A stretch of DNA of 64,000 nucleotides from the NCBI GenBank assembly GCA_964016885.1, contig OZ024747.1, positions 26,350,001 through 26,414,000 of the forward strand. The letters are read 5' to 3'. The translations under genes and the position numbers were made by a program. Under the pieces are notes generated by a model. That model did no database searches, was not told the DNA's origin, and worked only from the letters and a program-made list of their open reading frames with translations. Shown piece after piece: positions 39,901 through 51,952 of the stretch (its first letter is position 1; every line of letters starts with the position of its first letter). The DNA comes from Eledone cirrhosa (taxonomy: Eukaryota).

Positions 39901-41508
39901 TGTCCTTGCCCTGATGCCCTTGACCATTATGCTGCGAAAAGTGAGAGCAGGATACAAGTTGGGAAGGGGAGAGCTTACCATCAATCACCTCCTCTTCATG
40001 GACGATCTTAAGCTCTTCGGGAAAAGTGAGAAGGAGTTGGATGTGCTTGTTGACACTGTCCGTATTTTCAGCAGTGATATATGTATGCAGTTTGGTATTG
40101 GTAAATGTGGAGTCATTGTGATGAAGAGGGGTAGGTTGAGCAGAAGTAACGGGATCCAGATACCAACAGGTGAGATGATAAAGGAAATTGACTCTGAGGA
40201 AGGATACAAGTATTTGGGCGTTCTGGAGGCTGATGGCATAAAGAACAAAAAAATGAAGGAATTGTTAAGAACTGAATACATTCGGAGAGTAAGGAGCGTA
40301 TTGAAGTCACATCTGAACAGCAGAAATGCCATAAGCGCAGTAAATTCCCGAGCTGTGTCTATTATTAGGCACAGTGCGGGAATTCTGAGATGGAATGTTG
40401 CTGAACAAAAAGAAATGGATAGGAAGACTAGGAAGCTATTGACTATCTACAACATGTTCCACAAGAGGAGTGATGTCGATAGACTCTACCTAAGGAGATC
40501 TGAGGGTGGAAGAGGTCTTATCAGCATAGAGGACTGTGTTCAGATGGAGAAAAACAACCTATACAAATACGTGACCTATAGTAAGGAGCCAATGCTCAGA
40601 ACTGTACTGAAGGAGGGGACAGTAGGCCAGGGGATATCCAAGGAGGAAATAACATCAAGGAGGAAGAGCAGCCTTAAGGGAAAATCCCTTCATAGTACCT
40701 TCTTTGAGAAAACTGAATTTAGAGATCCACAGACATGGAACTGGTTGAGAAGAGGAGACCTCAAAAAGGCTACAGAAGGAATGCTAATGGCTGCGCAGGA
40801 GCAGGCCCTCAAAACGAAGTGGTTGAAGCACCATATCTACAAGGAGGAGGCTAGCCCACTGTGCAGGATCTGTGGAGAGAGAGAGGAGACTGTGGCTCAC
40901 ATTGTGTCCGAGTGTAAACACCTAGCCCAGACCCACTATAAGGGCTGGAGACACGATGTGATGGGCAGGGTGATCCACTGGCACCTGTGCAAAGTAAACA
41001 ATCTACCACATTCTGAGAAATGGTATGAGCATAGGCCAGAGGCGGTGATGGAGAACAGTCAGGTGAAGGTGCTGTGGGATTTTAGGATACAGACGGACAA
41101 AAAACTGGAACACAATAGACCTGACCTGGTGGTTGTGGACAAAGAAAAAAGATCGTGCCTGATTGTGGATGTGGCCTGCCCGTTCGACACGAGAGTGCAA
41201 GAGAAGGAGAGGGAGAAAATTAACCGATACCAGGACCTAAAGTGGGAGGTGAAAAGGATTTGGAACTGCCATGAAGTCAAAGTGATCCCGATTGTCATAG
41301 GCGCACTGGGGACTATCTCCAAAGGTTTCCAGGGATGGTTAAAGAAAATCGGCCCCTTCACGCTTTTTGGAACGCTTCAAAAGGCATGCTTGCTTGGAAT
41401 AGCAAGAACCCTCCGATACGTCCTGAATATCTGAGGCTGCAGGTAGTGGCTTGATATTCAATCCAACGGACTTTCCAGTTAACCAACATCAATGACTGAG
41501 ATTCAAGG
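36958..41508 (+). mobile_element. Family A copy A5, full length, nonsense mutation at 39599-39601
   Basis: ORF 38042-41434 is interrupted by AAG->TAG. Ends in an AATAACAATAAC(AAT)n tail. Confidence 0.93.
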
Positions 41509-41549
41509 AATAACAATAACAATAATAATAATAATAATAATAATGATAA

Positions 41550-44358
41550 AAAAGTACAGTATAATAAAAAAAAGTACAGTAGAAAATTGAAAAAAAAGTA
41601 CAGTATAAAATCAACATGTGACATAGACATGCTGATAGAAATAATCAAGCAAAAAGTGTCGGCCAAAGCTGCTCGTATAAGGCGCTTTGAAAAACGATCT
41701 AGATTCTATAAGGACAATAATATGTTCAAAAACAACCAAAGAAACTTCTACAGAAAAATTGGTAAGTCAACAATAACTGCTAAATCAATACCACCCAAGC
41801 AGGAAGTGCAAGAATTCTGGGAAAAGATCTGGGCCGAAGAAAAAGTTCATAACATACATGCCCCATGGATAGACAGACAAATGAAAGATACAGCTCACCT
41901 TGAGGAACAAATATGGGAAAATATAACAGTTGAACAGTTGCGCTTGGCTCTAAGAAAAACCAGCAAATGGAAATCCCCAGGAAAAGACAAAATACAAAAC
42001 TTTTGGATAAATGCCTTCACAGAGTCTCATGAGCTGTTAGCCCAACTTTACAATGAAATAGTTAAGGAGCCAGAAAAGATACCTTCATGGCTAGTTAACG
42101 GCATTACATTACTGCTTCCGAAGAATGATGAGACAAACAATCCCAAAAATTACAGACCGATAACTTGCTTGACCACAATGTATAAAATTTTAACATCAGT
42201 CCTAACTGAATACACATATGACCACCTGATAACAAATGATCTATTTCCCATTGAGCAGAAAGGGTGTAAACGAGGCTCATATGGCTGTAAGGATCAGCTT
42301 CTGGTTAACAAAATGATACTGGAAGATTGTCATAATAGACACAAAAATCTATCGATTGCTTGGATAGATTATAAAAAAGCATTCGATAGTTTGCCACACA
42401 GTTGGATTGAAAAATGTTTAGAGATTTTCAAAATACCCCCCGTTGTCAGGAGGTTTTTGTCATTCAGTATGAAGACATGGAAAACGACACTCCTTTTGAA
42501 TAGTGAAACAAAATCACTGGAAGCTGGAGAAGTTAATATTAATTGTGGAATTTTTCAGGGTGACTCTTTATCACCGCTTTTATTCTGCATCGCACTTATA
42601 CCATTAAGTAAAATGCTCAATGAAACAAAACATGGATATAAAGTCTATGACAGAACCATTAATCACCTGTTCTACATGGATGAACTATTTGCAAAAAATG
42701 ATGAACAATTGCAAGGGCTATTATCCACTGTGGAGCAGTTCAGTGATGACATTAAAATGGAGTTTGGACTAGATAAATGCGCCAAAGCAACGTTCACCAG
42801 AGGAAAGCTGCTGAAGAGTTCAGACATTAATCTTGATCGGGGGAACGTGATAAGAGAACTTGATCAAGAAAAAACTTACAAATATCTAGGTGTTTGTGAA
42901 GGAGACGGAATCAAGCACTCGACAATGAGGGAAAGGATAAGGAAGGAATGTTTCCGCAGAGTAAGAGCAATCTTAAGAACGGAATTGAATGCAAGGAATA
43001 GGATCGATGCCATAAACACGCTTGCCATACCAGTAGTAACCTACAGTTACAATGTCATCAACTGGTCAAGCACAGAGATCCGTAGGCTCGATACAAAAAT
43101 TCGAAAATTCTTAACCATGCACAGAATGCATCACCCTAAGGCAGATATAGATAGAATATATCTCCCTGGGAAAGAAGGAGGACGTGGGTTAATCCAGTTA
43201 GACATTGCGTTGAAAACTGCAACAATTGGATTATCTACATATCTAAGGGAATCACATGATTGGATGATCAAACTCGTTTTGAAACACGAAAGCATCAAAA
43301 GATCATATTCCATTACAAAAGATGCACAAAGATACAGTAATGGACTACAAATTTCAGAAGTCCCATTTACTGCTGAAATGGAAAACAGAAAAAGCAAAGC
43401 AGGTAAAAGTAACTGCAAAGAAAGAACTGCTACAGAAACTGGCTAAGAAATGGCAAGAAAAGCCTCTGTATGGAAAATACCCAGAGCGAGCTAACAATCC
43501 TGATGTTGACAAAACTTTAACCCATCAGTGGTTGGCATCCTCTGGACTGAAATCGGAGACTGAAGGACTGATTATATCAGCACAAGATCAGTGTCTGCCA
43601 ACAAAAAATTACCAAGCCAACATAATAAAAAATGGATGCAACCCATTATGCCGTGTATGCAAATAACAACCAGAGACCATTGACCATATAATTTCAATGT
43701 GCAGTCCTATAGCTCCAACCGAATACCTAAACAGGCATGACAGAGCTGCACAATACATACATTGGATAATGTGTAAGCATTTTGACCTGCCCCATCAAAA
43801 GAATTGGTGGGAGCATCAACCACCTCCCATACTTGAAAAAGATCACATCTCAATCTTGTGGAACTTTAGCATCCAAACAGACCGAAAAATAGATGCAAAT
43901 AGACCTGATATAATATTGAAGGACTTTAAAAAGACGGTATGCCTGCTAATTGATATGTCTGTTCCAATAGACAAGAATGTATCTATAAAAACATTTGAAA
44001 AATTGAGCAAGTATAAGGACCTGGAGATAGAAATTGGAAAAATGTGGAAATTGAGAACTAAAACAATACCAGTGGTTGTAGACGCTCTGGGAATGATACC
44101 TAAGGAGTCTAATGATTACTTATCGCAAATCCCAGGAAACCCGCGTATAGGAGAAATACAAAAGATAGTACTAATGGGAACTGCCCATATACTAAGGAAG
44201 ATTCTGTCAATATAAGTACATCACAAGTCTAAACACTAAAGATGCATGTGTGAGTATGTATGATCTTTCTTGAACATGGCGGACCTTGTTGTCTCTTGAG
44301 GTCACTGGTTGTGACTTGGGGATAAGTCGTATGAACATAAAGCAAGATAAATGCAACT

Positions 44359-44359
<1 letters not shown>
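41550..44359 (+). mobile_element. Second R4/Dong-clade family B, copy B1, 5'-truncated and defective
   Basis: RT motifs (WIDYKKAFDS, GIFQGDSLSP), but the catalytic motif reads FYMDELFAK. Frameshift near 43385, stop at 43664, RLE RHD/RPDIILKD, (TAA)n tail 44360-44401. Confidence 0.9.
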
Positions 44360-44401
<42 letters not shown>

Positions 44402-45115
44402 GGGAAGAAGACGCACGTGGTGGTAGAAGGTCATGAAATCGCTCCCGTAAGTTTTTGATTTTTAACATATTTAAATCAATTGTGAAATAACAATTCTTAG
44501 TACAAATGATGCATAAATCACCGAATCAAGTCTCATAAAAATTCGGATCCATAATATATTGTTATATCGCTCAAATATTCAATTTTGTATCATATATTTT
44601 ATACTCAAAAAAGAAAATGGTTATTGGAAGAAAATGGTTAATGGAAGAAAACCGCCTCTATATAGAATAGCCAAATAACAGCAATTTCACCAACACCAGA
44701 AACTTGATACACCACCTACCCCATCACCCCGCTGTGTACACTAAATATAACAGCCAGATAACGGCAATTTCACCACCACCACCACCAATCCCAGCATCAT
44801 AATAATAATTACTATTATTATTGTCTCAAGTTTTAACAAAATGTTTAATTCCAATATTAAGGGAATATGTCAACACATATATTAAACATACGCGACACAA
44901 ACGCGTAGATACTACAGATCAAACAAAACTAGTCTATTCAACACATATATTAAACATACGCGACACAAACGCATAGATACTACATATCAAACAAAACTAG
45001 TCCATTCAACAAAACTCAGTAACGACAACGCCACCGCCGCCACCACTCCATCCATCATTGCTACCACTATCCCATCACCGCCGCCACCACTCCTTCATTG
45101 CTACCACCACTATTC
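44402..45115 (+). other. Diverged paralogue of the family A leader, upstream of B2
   Basis: Begins gggaagaagacgcacg right after (TAA)n and shares gtcatgaaatcgctcccgtaag, caccaacaccagaaact and ccactatcccatcaccgccgccacc with 18042-18800. Confidence 0.8.
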
Positions 45116-45454
45116 CCCTGTTAACTTAATAAAGGGGAAGGTGGCGGTATCACAAGACAAGGGAGGCTAGCAAAAGATATAAATAGATTGAGTTAGTGAC
45201 CCGGCCACCGGCGGCCAAATGTCAACAACTATGGCACTGCTGGCTCCCCCTTTCCTCACCAACAATATAAAAAGCCCCAGCACCACTACCGACATAGCCA
45301 TCAACTATAACAGGCAACTTCAGCAAAAAGTATATTATATTATTGTAATGCACTGGGTGATTGCTGGCCTTGTGCCTGGAGTGGGGACAATTATTAATAA
45401 TTTCATTCTTAAGCCACGCAATGCTCACATTAAGGAACCACTCATGATAATAAC

Positions 45455-48400
45455 AATTTAAAAAAACAACAAAAAAGAAAACCCCGTGACCAAGAAATAC
45501 CGGGATGGCGGCCGGCGGGGAATAGCCGTGTCTCTAGGGGAGAACGACCCCTCTAGTCTTGGTTGACACTCGTTCTAGAAGTGGTAACACGAAATGATTA
45601 CCCCTTGGCGGATAAGGGTAAAACGCGACAAAATAAAGTAAATGTCTAATGATAAAATCTCATACCGGATCGGCCGTCACCCGGGTCAAAAAGGGCCGCG
45701 TCCCTCAGAGAGGAACCAGACTGGGGTCGAAAAATCAGCTAATGGTTCAAACCTTCCCATCACTTCGGAGCTGGAGACCTCCCATAACCGGAATACTCCT
45801 ACTGTTGGCCCTCCATGCTCACCACCAAGAAATCCAAAGAAAAAGAGAGAAAAATGGTCAAGGGAAGATAATAAAGAAGTCCTTGAGGCTTTCTACACTG
45901 CCATGTACTAGCCATCAAATACATCGAATACAGAGCAAACATATATCAACTGGAAAAAGAAACATCCCGAAAACAGAGGCTATATTGACAGTAACAAACT
46001 AGTCAATATACGAAGAAATATTGTAAAAAAAAAGTTACTAACTGATATAGAAATTGATCAGATCAAGCTATTAGCACAAAGTCAGCGAAGGGAAAATGAA
46101 ACATGTGTCAGTGAAAACGAGGTAAATTGTAACACTTCGAATCCCAGGGTTGGGGCGGAATCACTGGCAACAGAACAAATTAAAGAAAGGATCGAAAAAG
46201 TGGAGGGAGTGCATACTCAAGATGAAACTCCAAATGAAAATAATGAGATCGTAAATGATAAAGAAATGAATGAGATTGAACTTGCCAACTTGAAGGATGA
46301 AATTATGATCGAATGGATGAAAATGAAAGAATCTGACATGGGGCAACGAGACACCCTCCCTAAGATCCAGAACTCCAAACAGAACCAAAAGATAATACAC
46401 AAGACTAACATAATTCTCAAAAACATTATCATCGCAAACAAACTAAACATTACTGATTTAAATCATCTCTATTATGCATCGGCTAAAGTCAGCACTCACT
46501 TATGTGGAGTGAAGATGAAAAAACAAAGGAATTCCCACAAGAAATCTACTTGGCAAGAGAACATCAATCGCCAAATAAACCTTCTCCGATCTGACATAGA
46601 AATTTTAACAAACTATAAAGTAGGTGAACATGTTAAACAAACTAAACTTAGAAAATTGAAAAGAAAGTACAGTATAAAATCAACAAGTGACATAGACATG
46701 CTGATAGAAATAATGAAGCAAAAAGTGTCGGCCAAAGCTGCTCGTATAAGGCGCTTTGAAAAACGATCTAGATTCTATAAGGACAATAATATGTTCAAAA
46801 ACAACCAAAGAAACTTCTACAGAAAAATTGGTAAGGCAACAATAACTTCTAAATCAATACCACCCAAGCAGGAAGTGCAAGAATTCTGGGAAAAGATCTG
46901 GGCCGAAGAAAAAGTTCATAACATACATGCCCCATGGATAGACAGACAAATGAAATATACAGCTCACCTTGAAGAACAAATATGGGAAAATATAACAGTT
47001 GAACAGTTGCGCTTGGCTCTAAGAAAAACCAGCAAATGGAAATCCCCAGGAAAAGACAAAATACAAAACTTTTGGATAAATGCCTTCACAGAGTCTCATG
47101 AGCTGTTAGCCCAACTCTACAATGACATAGTTAAGGAGCCAGAAAAGATACCATCATGGCTAGTTAACGGCATTACATTCCTGCTTCCGAAGAATGATGA
47201 GACAAACAATCCCAAAAATTACAGACCGATAACTTGCTTGACCACAATGTATAAAATTTTAACATCAGTCCTAACTGAATATACATATGACCACCTGATA
47301 ACAAATTACCTATTTCCCATTGAGCAGAAAGGGTGTCAACCAGGCTCATGTGGCTGTAAGGATCAGCTTTTGGTTAACAAAATGATACTGGAAGATTGTC
47401 ATAATAGACACAAAAATCTATCAATTGCTTGGATAGATTATAAAAAAGCATTCGATAGTTTTCCACACAGTTGGATTGAAAACTGTTTAGAGAATTTCAA
47501 AATATCCCCCGTTGTCAGGAGGTTTTTGTCATTCAGTATGAAGACATGGAAAACAACACTCCTTTTGAATAGTGAAACAAAATCACTGGAAGCTGGAGAA
47601 GTTAATATTAATTGTGGAATTTTTCAGGGTGACTCTTTATCACCGCTTTTATTCTGCCACGCACTTATACTATTAAGTGTAAGAGCAATCTTAAGAACGG
47701 AATTGAATGCAAGGAATAGGATCGATGCCATAAACACGCTTGCCATACCAGTAGTAACCTACAGTTACAATGTCATCAACTGGTCAAGCACAGAGATCCG
47801 TAGGCTCGATACAAAAATTCGAAAATTCTTAACCATGCACAGAATGCATCACCCTAAGGCAGATACAGATAGAATATATCTCCCTAGGAAAGAAGGAGGA
47901 CGTGGGTTAATCCAGTTAGACATTGCGTTGAAAACTACAACAATTGGATTATCTACATATCTAAGGGAATCACATGATTTGATGATCAAACTCGTTTTGA
48001 AACACGAAAGCATCAAAAGATCATACTCCATTACAAAAGATGCACAAAGATACAGTAATGGACTACAAATTTCAGAAGTCCCATTTACTACTGAAATGGA
48101 AAACACAGAAAAAGCAAAGCAGGTAAAAGTAACTCCAAAGAAAGAACTGCTACAGAAACTAGCTAAGAAATGGCAAGAAAAGCCTCTGTATGGAAAATAC
48201 CCAGAACGAGCTAACAATCCTGATGTTGACAATACTTTAACCCATCAGTGGTTGGCATCTTCTGGACTGAAATCGGAGACTGAAGGACTGATTATATCAG
48301 CACAAGATCAGTGTCTGCCAACAAAAAATTACCAAGCTAACATAATAAAAAATGGATGCAGCCCATTATGCCGTGTATGCAAAAAACAACCAGAGACCAT

Positions 48401-49060
48401 TGACCATATAATTTCAATGTGCAGTCCTATAGCTCCAACCGAATACCTAAACAGGCATGACAGAGCTGCACAATACATACATTGGATAATGTGTAAGCAT
48501 TTTGACCTGCCCCATCAAAAGAATTGGTGGGAGCATCAACCACCTCCCATACTTGAAAAAGATCACATCTCAATCTTGTGGAACTTTAGCATCCAAACAG
48601 ACCGAAAAATAGATGCAAATAGACCTGATATAATATTGAAGGACTTTAAAAAGACGGTATGCCTGCTGATTGATATGTCCGTTCCAATAGACAAGAATGT
48701 ATCTATAAAAACATTTGAAAAATTGAGCAAGTATAAGGACCTGGAGATAGAAATTGGAAAAATGTGGAAATTGAGAACTAAAACAATACCAATGGTTGTA
48801 GGCGCTCTGGGAATGATACCTAAGGGGTCTAATGATTACTTATCGCAAATCCCAGGAAACCCGCGTATAGGAGAAATACAAAAGATAGTACTAAGGAAGA
48901 TTCTGTCAATATAAGTACATCACAAGTCTAAACACACTAATGATGCATGTGTGAGTATGTATGTTCTTTCTTGAACATGGCGGACCTTGTTGTCTCTTGA
49001 GGTCACTGGTTGTGACTTGGTGATAACTCGTATGAACATAAAGCAAGATAAATGCAACTG
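45455..49060 (+). mobile_element. Family B copy B2, near full length, defective
   Basis: Probable ATG 45642 with a KWSREDNKEVLEAFY myb-like motif and a stop at 45909. An in-frame deletion near 47678 removes the YMDD region. A 21-nt deletion lies near 48890. (TAA)n tail 49061-49083. The 5' boundary is approximate. Confidence 0.88.
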
Positions 49061-49084
49061 TAATAATAATAATAATAATAATAT

Positions 49085-51931
49085 GTGAAGAGGTCGAGAG
49101 AACGGAGGAACCACCCGAAGCACACAATGATCTGAATGCTGAGATAAATAATACCTGGAACAGAGATACGGCGTCTGAGGAGATGAATGCTGACGGGCTA
49201 CGACAACATTTAGTTGATATCCTAAACTTAGTGGTAGATGAATTGAACAATGATAGTGGGAAACCTATGAACCTAAGATTTGTAGACAGGAAAAAATTAA
49301 AAGAAACAACAGCTAAGGTAAACAAAGTGCAAGGAGCCTTCACCACTGCAACAATATCCTCAAAGCAACAGCAAATACGGTGAGGAAACTACTTGGTATA
49401 AAAGCGAGAGGAAACAACAAACAAGAAAGATCAGAGCCTTGGTGGAAGAAACGACTGAGTGGTCAAATCAGGGAAATGAGAAATGACATTGGAAAGCTTG
49501 AGTCCCTACTGAATGGGACACTAAAAAACATAGACACTAAAAATAGACTGGAAATAAAGTACAAAACTAGGAGGAAAAAGCTAAATATTATCATAGAGGA
49601 ACTGAAGCAACGCATTGTAGCAAAGAGTGCAAAAATCAAGCGATACGAGAACAGAGTCAGTCAGTATAGACAGAACCGCATGTTCGACAACAACCAGAAG
49701 ATGCTGTTTAGACAGCTTGAAGGGAAAGAAAGAGGCAACGACTTGATCCCTGAGGCGGAACAAACTAAAACATTCTGGAGAGGAATATGGGAGCAGGATG
49801 TTAAACATAATGACCAGGCAGTGTGGATTGAGACAGTACAGAAGGAGATTAGTGAACAGGCACACCAACAAACTGATTTGCGTATCACAGTTGAAACTTT
49901 TAAGGGGCAGGCCAAAAAACTAACCAACTGGAAATCACCAGGCCCAGATGGTGTGCAGGGGTATTGGATTAAAAACATAACATCCCTCCACCCGAAACTG
50001 ACAACCATGTTCAATGACTGCTTGATGTCAGGTGAGGTACCAGAGTGGTTGACAAAAGGTACCACAGTTCTGATAATGAAAGACCGAATCAAGGGTAATG
50101 ATGTTACCAACTATAGACCTATCACATGTCTGTCCGTAATGTGGAAACTGTTGACAAGCATTATGTCTGAGGAAATCTACCATCATCTCCACACAAACAA
50201 CTTGTTACCGGACGAACAGAAAGGATGCCGAAAGAAGTCACGTGGTACAAAGGACCAGTTACTTATTGATAAGATGGTAATGAGGAATTGCAAGAGGAGA
50301 CACACTGGTCTTGCCATGGGATGGATAGACTACAAAAAGGCATTTGACATGGTGCCTCATTCTTGGATCACCAAAAGCCTGGAGATCTTCAAGGTGGCAG
50401 ATAACATCAGACAGTTGTTGGGCAAAAGTATGAAGTCCTGGGAAACAGAGTTAACATCAACTGGAGAATCCTTGGGAAGCGTGAAGATCAAGAGAGGTAT
50501 CTTCCAGGGAGATACTTTGTCCCCTCTGTTGTTTGTCCTTGCCCTGAAGCCGCTGACCAGTGTACTGCGAAAAGTGAGAGCAGGATACAGGTTGGGAAAG
50601 GGGGAGCTTACCATCAATCACCTCCTCTTCATGGACGATCTTAAGCTCTTCGGGAAGAGTGAGAAGGAGTTGGATGTGCTTGTTGACACTGTCCGTATTT
50701 TCAGCAATGATATATGTATGCAATTTGGTATTAGTAAGTGTGGAGTCCTTGTGATGAAGAGAGGTAAATTGAGCAGAAGTAACGGAATCCAGGTACCAAC
50801 AGGTGAGATGATAAAGGAAATTGACTCTGAAGAAGGATACAAGTATTTGGGTGTTCTGGAGGCTGATGATACCAAGAACAAAAAAATGAAGGTATTGATA
50901 AGAACTGAATACATTCGGAGAGTAAGGAGCGTATTAAAGTCACATCTGAACAGTAGGAATGCCATAAGTGCAGTAAATTCCCGAGCTGTGTCTATTATTA
51001 GGCACAGTGCGGGAATTCTGAGATGGAATGTTGCTGAACAAAAAGAAATGGATAGGAAGACTAGGAAGCTATTGATTATCTACAATATGTTCCACAAGAG
51101 GAGTGATGTCGATAGACTCTACTTAAGGAGATCTGAAGGTGGAAGAGGTCTTATCAGCATAGAGGACTGTGTTCAGATGGAGAAAAACAACCTACACAAA
51201 TACGTGACTGATAGTAAGGATCCAATGCTCAGAACTGTACTGTAGGAGGGGACAATAGGCCAGGGGATGTCCAAGGAGGAAATAACATCAAGGAGAAAGA
51301 GCAGCCTTCAGGAAAAATCCATTCATGGTACCGAGTGTAAACACCTAGCCCAGACTCACTATAAGGGCTGGAGACACGATGTGATGGGCAGGGTGATCCA
51401 CTGACACCTATGCAAGGTAAATAATTTACCACATTCTGAGATGTGGTATGAGCATAAGCCAGAGTCGGTGATAGAAAACGATCAGGTGAAGGTGCTGTGG
51501 GATTTTAGGATACAGACGGACAAGAAACTGGGACACAATAGACCTGACCTGGTGGTTGTGGACAAAGAAAAAAGATCGTGCCTGATTGTGGATGTGGCCT
51601 GCCCATTCGACACGAGAGTGCAAGAGAAGGAGAGGGAGAAAATTAACCGATACCAGGACTTAAAATGGGGGGTAAAAAGGATTTGGAACTGCCATGAAGT
51701 CAAAGTGGTCCCGATTGTCATAGGCGCACTAAGTACTATCTCAAAAAGTTTCCAGGGATGGTTAAAGAAAATTGGCCCCGCCACGCTTTTTGGAACGCTT
51801 CAAAAGGCATGCTTGCTGGGAACAGCAAGAACCCTCCGATACGTCCTGAATATCTGAGGCTGCAGGTAGTGGTTTGATATTCATTTCAACAAACTTTCCA
51901 GTTAACTAACATCAATGACTGAGACTCAAAG
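49085..51931 (+). mobile_element. Family A copy A6, older and diverged, 5'-truncated, defective
   Basis: Many substitutions vs A1-A5, frameshift near 49330, stops, and a deletion near 51330 that removes the zinc finger. (AAT)7 tail. Confidence 0.9.
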
Positions 51932-51952
51932 AATAATAATAATAATAATAAT

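Noticed and set aside
18042-41508. A1-A5 as a pure assembly duplication
   Set aside because: Copies have distinct truncation points, tails, stops and SNP sets. Read confirmation is still advisable.
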